Source: Spirochaetia bacterium
GTDB lineage: Bacteria > Spirochaetota > Spirochaetia > SP-2023
Assembly (NCBI GenBank): GCA_965225855.1
Contig: CBDDCK010000005.1
Span: 160,001 to 224,000, forward strand
Length of the DNA stretch: 64,000 nucleotides
Direction of reading: 5' to 3'
This document shows positions 59,292 to 64,000 of the stretch, piece by piece. A program made the translations under genes and the position numbers. The notes beneath the pieces were generated by a model that had not been told where the DNA came from, did not search any database, and saw nothing but the letters and a program-made list of their open reading frames with translations. Numbering within the stretch: the stretch's first letter is position 1; every line of letters starts with the position of its first letter.

Positions 59292-62213
59292 ATGGGATAT
59301 ATTATTTTCCCTTTAAGCCATTCATTCCAGTTTGTTTTAGAAACATTTTATATGCTAACCCAAAATTATGGGCTAGCTATTATGCTATTGTCTGGTTTGG
59401 TTTCTGTTTTATTGCTGCCGTTACAATTGTGGGCCGACAAACTGCAACAAAAAGATTTCAACGAAAAAGACGCCATGCGCTGGGCTTTGGATTCAATTAG
59501 CCGTTTAGCCAATGCCCAAAAGAAATTTTATTACACCCATTATATTTATAAAAAATATAAATATCGCCCAATAAAATCTTTACGCAGTTTAATTGGCCTG
59601 TTGATTCAATTGCCATTTTTTTTAGCGGCCTACTTTATGCTGGGCAGCTTTAGCGATTTTTCGGGCCAAAGTTTCCTAATAATTAAAGATTTAGCCACTC
59701 CAGATGCTTTACTGAAAGGCTATAACTTTTTACCGCTATTCATGACTTTGGTAAATTTGCTATCGGCCGGTTTCTATTTACTCCCCAAAAACAATGTAGA
59801 CCGCTCTGCAATGGTATCTCAATTGCTTTTGCCAATGTTATTTTTGATGTTACTATACAATAAAAGCTCGGCACTGTTGTTGTATTGGACTTGTAATAAT
59901 CTATTTTCACTGGCAAAGAATTATTGCCAGAGTAGGGCGATTATTACAGCCATTACTAAAGAAAAGCAAATTTTTAGTTTTAGATTCTGGACTAATTTTT
60001 GTGCCAATGTCGTCAGCCATAGATTTTGTTTACCGATAACAGTGGTTTTGTCTGGTATTTTATTGGCTTTATACGGCCTGATGGAAGACCGACTCTATGC
60101 CCATAAACTAATGAAATTCAATTTATTGGTATTAGATGCTTTAATTGTAATAATTTTATACCAATATCGTGCACAATTAAAGAAAATACTTACACAGAAC
60201 TTTGGCCAAATACAAGTGGTTATAGCCATTATTTTGCTGTTCAATTTAGTAGCATTTCATTTGCATAAACTATTTGGCTTGGCTTTATTTACATTAACCA
60301 ATGATATACCTAGCTTAGTATTCAGCCAAATATTGGCTTTATTGCTAATAAGAAATATATTAATACCCCCCAGTATTGCCTACCGGTTATTTTATCAATT
60401 TAAAGATACTATCGAATCCTTATTGTCATTTGAAATAAAAGGTGGCTCTTATATTATTGGGGTATTTTTGCTACAAATATTTTTATATACCCCAGCAATC
60501 ATATATTTCAAAGCACCTTTGGATTTTGGCCAAATAGAATTTCATATTGTTTTATGGTATTTTATAAGCTGTATTTCCATAACCATATTGCTATCCAGAT
60601 ATATCAGTAAATGGTGGTTGGGCGCATCATCTATGAAAAAGCATATTAAAAATTTTTGTTTGATTGCCATTGTATTTATTACCATGGTGAATTTCTTTTA
60701 TGGCTATATTTACCAGCTAGATTTAGGCATTATTCGAGGGTTGCGCTTTGTCAATGAAAAAGCATTGACTGAATTGCCAAAATCTACATTGATTTTGGAG
60801 CTTATTTTATTGTGTGTTGCTTTTTTGTTGTTCATTCGATTCGGGGGTTTTGTTGCGAAATTTTCCCGCCATATATCATTGACTATTGGCTCGATTGGTT
60901 TGGTATTGCTGGCCAATGTATGGCTACAAAATATTGACGAAATCAAAAAATCTTTTGCCCCGCAAGAGATTGTAGCGAGTGAACAACAAAATTCACTAGA
61001 TAAAACGATAGCCAATTATTTTGCAGACAATTATGAAGTATTTAATTTTTCTAAAGAAAAAAATATTTTGGTATTAGTTTTTGATGCCTTTGCAGCCAAC
61101 ATGTTAGAAGATATTTTCAAGCAAAACCCAGAAATAAAAAATGGTTTAGATGGATTTGTTTGGTATAAAAATACCGTTTCTACTGGGAGTGCTACGATGA
61201 ACAGTATTAATGCAATGACTGGAGGACCAGATTATACTGTTTCTAAAATTAACAAGAAACCGTATCATGAGCTTACACTTCAAGAATTAATTACAAAGAA
61301 TTTTGCGAATTTATCTAATTCTATAAATACATATGGTGAATATAATTCATCTATGTTCTATGGAGCTGTTCCCTATGCATCTAGGGAATTATTGAAATTA
61401 TATCTAAATAATTCTGTTAATATGCTTAAAAAGCTAAAGATTAAAGGGGAATCATCTTCTAGCCAAAGATTTTTATTTGGTGTTTCTGTGTTTAAACTCT
61501 CCCCAATTTTTTTAAAACGAAAAATATATAATGGTGGCTATTGGAGAGGATTTGTTAGTTTGTTTCCTTCAGATTATTCTGAATATGTTTTGTTTGAAAA
61601 TATGGCGCAAAACTTGTCATATACTAGCTCAAAGCCAACTTTTAAATATTTTTGGACAAGTTTAACACATACTCCATATCATATCAACAAAGATGGTCAA
61701 TGGATTATGTCTCAAGACTTAAAGCAAAAGCAAGATTTTAATCCAAATTCAGATCAAAGTAAAAAGTTTACAATGAAATATGCAATACAAAAAATTATAG
61801 AGATTGTTCAGGCATTTAAAGATAATGATATATACAACCAAACCAAAATTATTGTGGCTTCCGATCACGGTGGAGCAGAAAAAGATTGGAATGATTGGGC
61901 CTTATATTCTTTAATGATGGTCAAAGATTTTGATTCTATTGGGAAATTTGAGGTCTCGGACATTCCCATTTCAAACGCCGATATTCCGGCCATGATTGGT
62001 ACGGGTATTGACCCAACTGGCAAGTTTAATACTGAAAATAACTTTGGTACCGATTACACCAAAGAGCCCGATATGGACAGAATATTAGAATATCATATTG
62101 TAACTGGAGAAGTAGATTACAAGCGAGATACAAAATACCCTGCTGGTAAAATAATTTCCATTCAGGGCGACCCTTATAATAGGGATAATTGGCAAGTGGC
62201 AGAATTTGAGTAA
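59292..62213 (+). CDS. YidC-like/sulfatase fusion (copy B)
   Basis: 973 aa; same as copy A except for discrete patches. Confidence 0.8.
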   Translation: MGYIIFPLSHSFQFVLETFYMLTQNYGLAIMLLSGLVSVLLLPLQLWADKLQQKDFNEKDAMRWALDSISRLANAQKKFYYTHYIYKKYKYRPIKSLRSLIGLLIQLPFFLAAYFMLGSFSDFSGQSFLIIKDLATPDALLKGYNFLPLFMTLVNLLSAGFYLLPKNNVDRSAMVSQLLLPMLFLMLLYNKSSALLLYWTCNNLFSLAKNYCQSRAIITAITKEKQIFSFRFWTNFCANVVSHRFCLPITVVLSGILLALYGLMEDRLYAHKLMKFNLLVLDALIVIILYQYRAQLKKILTQNFGQIQVVIAIILLFNLVAFHLHKLFGLALFTLTNDIPSLVFSQILALLLIRNILIPPSIAYRLFYQFKDTIESLLSFEIKGGSYIIGVFLLQIFLYTPAIIYFKAPLDFGQIEFHIVLWYFISCISITILLSRYISKWWLGASSMKKHIKNFCLIAIVFITMVNFFYGYIYQLDLGIIRGLRFVNEKALTELPKSTLILELILLCVAFLLFIRFGGFVAKFSRHISLTIGSIGLVLLANVWLQNIDEIKKSFAPQEIVASEQQNSLDKTIANYFADNYEVFNFSKEKNILVLVFDAFAANMLEDIFKQNPEIKNGLDGFVWYKNTVSTGSATMNSINAMTGGPDYTVSKINKKPYHELTLQELITKNFANLSNSINTYGEYNSSMFYGAVPYASRELLKLYLNNSVNMLKKLKIKGESSSSQRFLFGVSVFKLSPIFLKRKIYNGGYWRGFVSLFPSDYSEYVLFENMAQNLSYTSSKPTFKYFWTSLTHTPYHINKDGQWIMSQDLKQKQDFNPNSDQSKKFTMKYAIQKIIEIVQAFKDNDIYNQTKIIVASDHGGAEKDWNDWALYSLMMVKDFDSIGKFEVSDIPISNADIPAMIGTGIDPTGKFNTENNFGTDYTKEPDMDRILEYHIVTGEVDYKRDTKYPAGKIISIQGDPYNRDNWQVAEFE

Positions 62214-62250
62214 GTTTTTATTTCCATTTGCCAAAAAATGCCCTATATTA

Positions 62251-62550
62251 TCTAGTAATCTAAAACTAGGTTATGAAGCATATTACTTAGAACAGGAACT
62301 TTCGGCTATTTCATTATTGCAAACTACAGGGGGTGAATTGTTGGAAATTAACGATATAGCAAATATTATGGCTCGGCTTTCTACCGTGAATATAGTCAAA
62401 AAATCTACAATGGCAGAACCAACCAAAGAACCGCCGAAGTATATTACCCAATATGTGTATAATTTTGGCAATGCTGGAGTTGTTGCTGCCGAGCAAATCC
62501 TCTCTTTAGTAGCTACCTTTCCTAAAACTATTTTACGGCAACAAACTTGA
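62251..62550 (+). pseudogene. Duplicated 3' fragment of the TagF-like gene
   Basis: Matches 55665-55964. Confidence 0.85.
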
Positions 62551-62584
62551 CTTGGCCAATAACTTACGGTATTTTTAGCGCACC

Positions 62585-64000
62585 ATGGGATATATTATTT
62601 TCCCTTTAAGCTATTCATTCCAGTTTGTTTTAGAAACATTTTATACGCTAACCCAAAATTATGGGCTAGCTATTATTTTCCTTGCCATTTTGGTTAGCAT
62701 TGTATTACTGCCATTGCAACTATGGGCCGACAAATTACAGCAAAAAGATTTAGACGAAAAAAATGCCATGCGCTGGGCTTTGGATTCAATTAGCCGTTTA
62801 GCCAATGCCCAAAAGAAATTTTATTGCACTAAGGAAATCTACCGTAGATACGGCTATAATCCGATAAAATCTTTACGCGGTTTAATTGGCCTGTTGATTC
62901 AATTGCCATTTTTTTTAGCGGCCTACTTTATGCTGGGCAGCTTTAGCGATTTTTCGGGCCAAAGTTTCCTAATAATTAAAGATTTAGCCACTCCAGATGC
63001 TTTACTGAAAGGCTATAACTTTTTACCGCTATTCATGACTTTGGTAAATTTGCTATCGGCCGGTTTCTATTTACTCCCCAAAAACAATGTAGACCGCTCT
63101 GCAATGGTATCTCAATTGCTTTTGCCAATGTTATTTTTGATGTTACTATACAATAAAAGCTCGGCACTGTTGTTGTATTGGACTTGTAATAATCTATTTT
63201 CACTGGCAAAGAATTATTGCCAGAGTAGGGCGATTATTACAGCCATTACTAAAGAAAAGCAAATTTTTAGTTTTAGATTCTGGACTAATTTTTGTGCCAA
63301 TGTCGTCAGCCATAGATTTTGTTTACCGATAACAGTGGTTTTGTCTGGTATTTTATTGGCTTTATACGGCCTGATGGAAGACCGACTCTATGCCCATAAA
63401 CTAATGAAATTCAATTTATTGGTATTAGATGCTTTAATTGTAATAATTTTATACCAATATCGTGCACAATTAAAGAAAATACTTACACAGAACTTTGGCC
63501 AAATACAAGTGGTTATAGCCATTATTTTGCTGTTCAATTTAGTAGCATTTCATTTGCATAAACTATTTGGCTTGGCTTTATTTACATTAACCAATGATAT
63601 ACCTAGCTTAGTATTCAGCCAAATATTGGCTTTATTGCTAATAAGAAATATATTAATACCCCCCAGTATTGCCTACCGGTTATTTTATCAATTCAGAGAT
63701 ACTATAAAGTCTTTGCTTTCATTTGAAATAAAAGGCGGTTGTTATATTATCGGGGTATTTTTGCTACAAATATTTTTATATACCCCAGCAATCATATATT
63801 TCAAAGCACCTTTGGATTTTGGCCAAATAGAATTTCATATTGTTTTATGGTATTTTATAAGCTGTATTTCCATAACCATATTGCTATCCAGATATATCAG
63901 TAAATGGTGGTTGGGCGCATCATCTATGAAAAAGCATATTAAAAATTTTTGTTTGATTGCCATTGTATTTATTACCATGGTGAATTTCTTTTATGGCTAT
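62585..64000 (+). CDS. YidC-like/sulfatase fusion (third copy, A-type, truncated by window edge)
   Basis: ATG at 62585; carries A-type alleles at the 5' patch and at ~63695-63755. Confidence 0.8.
   Translation, partial: MGYIIFPLSYSFQFVLETFYTLTQNYGLAIIFLAILVSIVLLPLQLWADKLQQKDLDEKNAMRWALDSISRLANAQKKFYCTKEIYRRYGYNPIKSLRGLIGLLIQLPFFLAAYFMLGSFSDFSGQSFLIIKDLATPDALLKGYNFLPLFMTLVNLLSAGFYLLPKNNVDRSAMVSQLLLPMLFLMLLYNKSSALLLYWTCNNLFSLAKNYCQSRAIITAITKEKQIFSFRFWTNFCANVVSHRFCLPITVVLSGILLALYGLMEDRLYAHKLMKFNLLVLDALIVIILYQYRAQLKKILTQNFGQIQVVIAIILLFNLVAFHLHKLFGLALFTLTNDIPSLVFSQILALLLIRNILIPPSIAYRLFYQFRDTIKSLLSFEIKGGCYIIGVFLLQIFLYTPAIIYFKAPLDFGQIEFHIVLWYFISCISITILLSRYISKWWLGASSMKKHIKNFCLIAIVFITMVNFFYGY

Larger units (their letters stand above)
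55665..64000 (+). repeat. 3293-bp tandem array (at least 2.5 units)
   Basis: Unit starts tctagtaatctaaaactagg at 55665, 58958 and 62251; gene starts at 55999, 59292 and 62585. Confidence 0.95.

Overview
AT-rich bacterial chromosome segment, most likely from a spirochaete (flgB-flgC-fliE-fliF-fliG-fliH-fliI-fliJ followed by a FlbB-like periplasmic-flagellum collar gene). The window opens in the tail of a polyketide beta-branching-type cassette (PksI-like ECH, SDR, AcpK-like ACP). It then carries the flagellar operon, housekeeping and carbohydrate genes (alr, ugd, GT4, WcaJ-like transferase, dprA, ribD, ribE, deoC-like, PPi-type pfk, galE, glgP), an ABC-2 exporter and a hicB-hicA pair. The accessory content centres on the cell surface. 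(i) Three paralogous lipoprotein cassettes share promoters with simple-sequence tracts in the -35/-10 spacer, and one has a ~74 x 33-bp repeat stalk. (ii) A TagF-like gene is followed by a 3293-bp tandem array (A-B-A, running off the window) of YidC-like/sulfatase-fold fusion genes whose differences cluster in patches, the largest next to the predicted catalytic residue. (iii) There is a 300-bp dispersed inverted repeat with a hidden coding signal, two perfect 40-42-bp palindromes and an rmuC pseudogene. No rRNA, tRNA, CRISPR array or intact transposase was seen. All family assignments are from motif recognition by eye; no searches were run.
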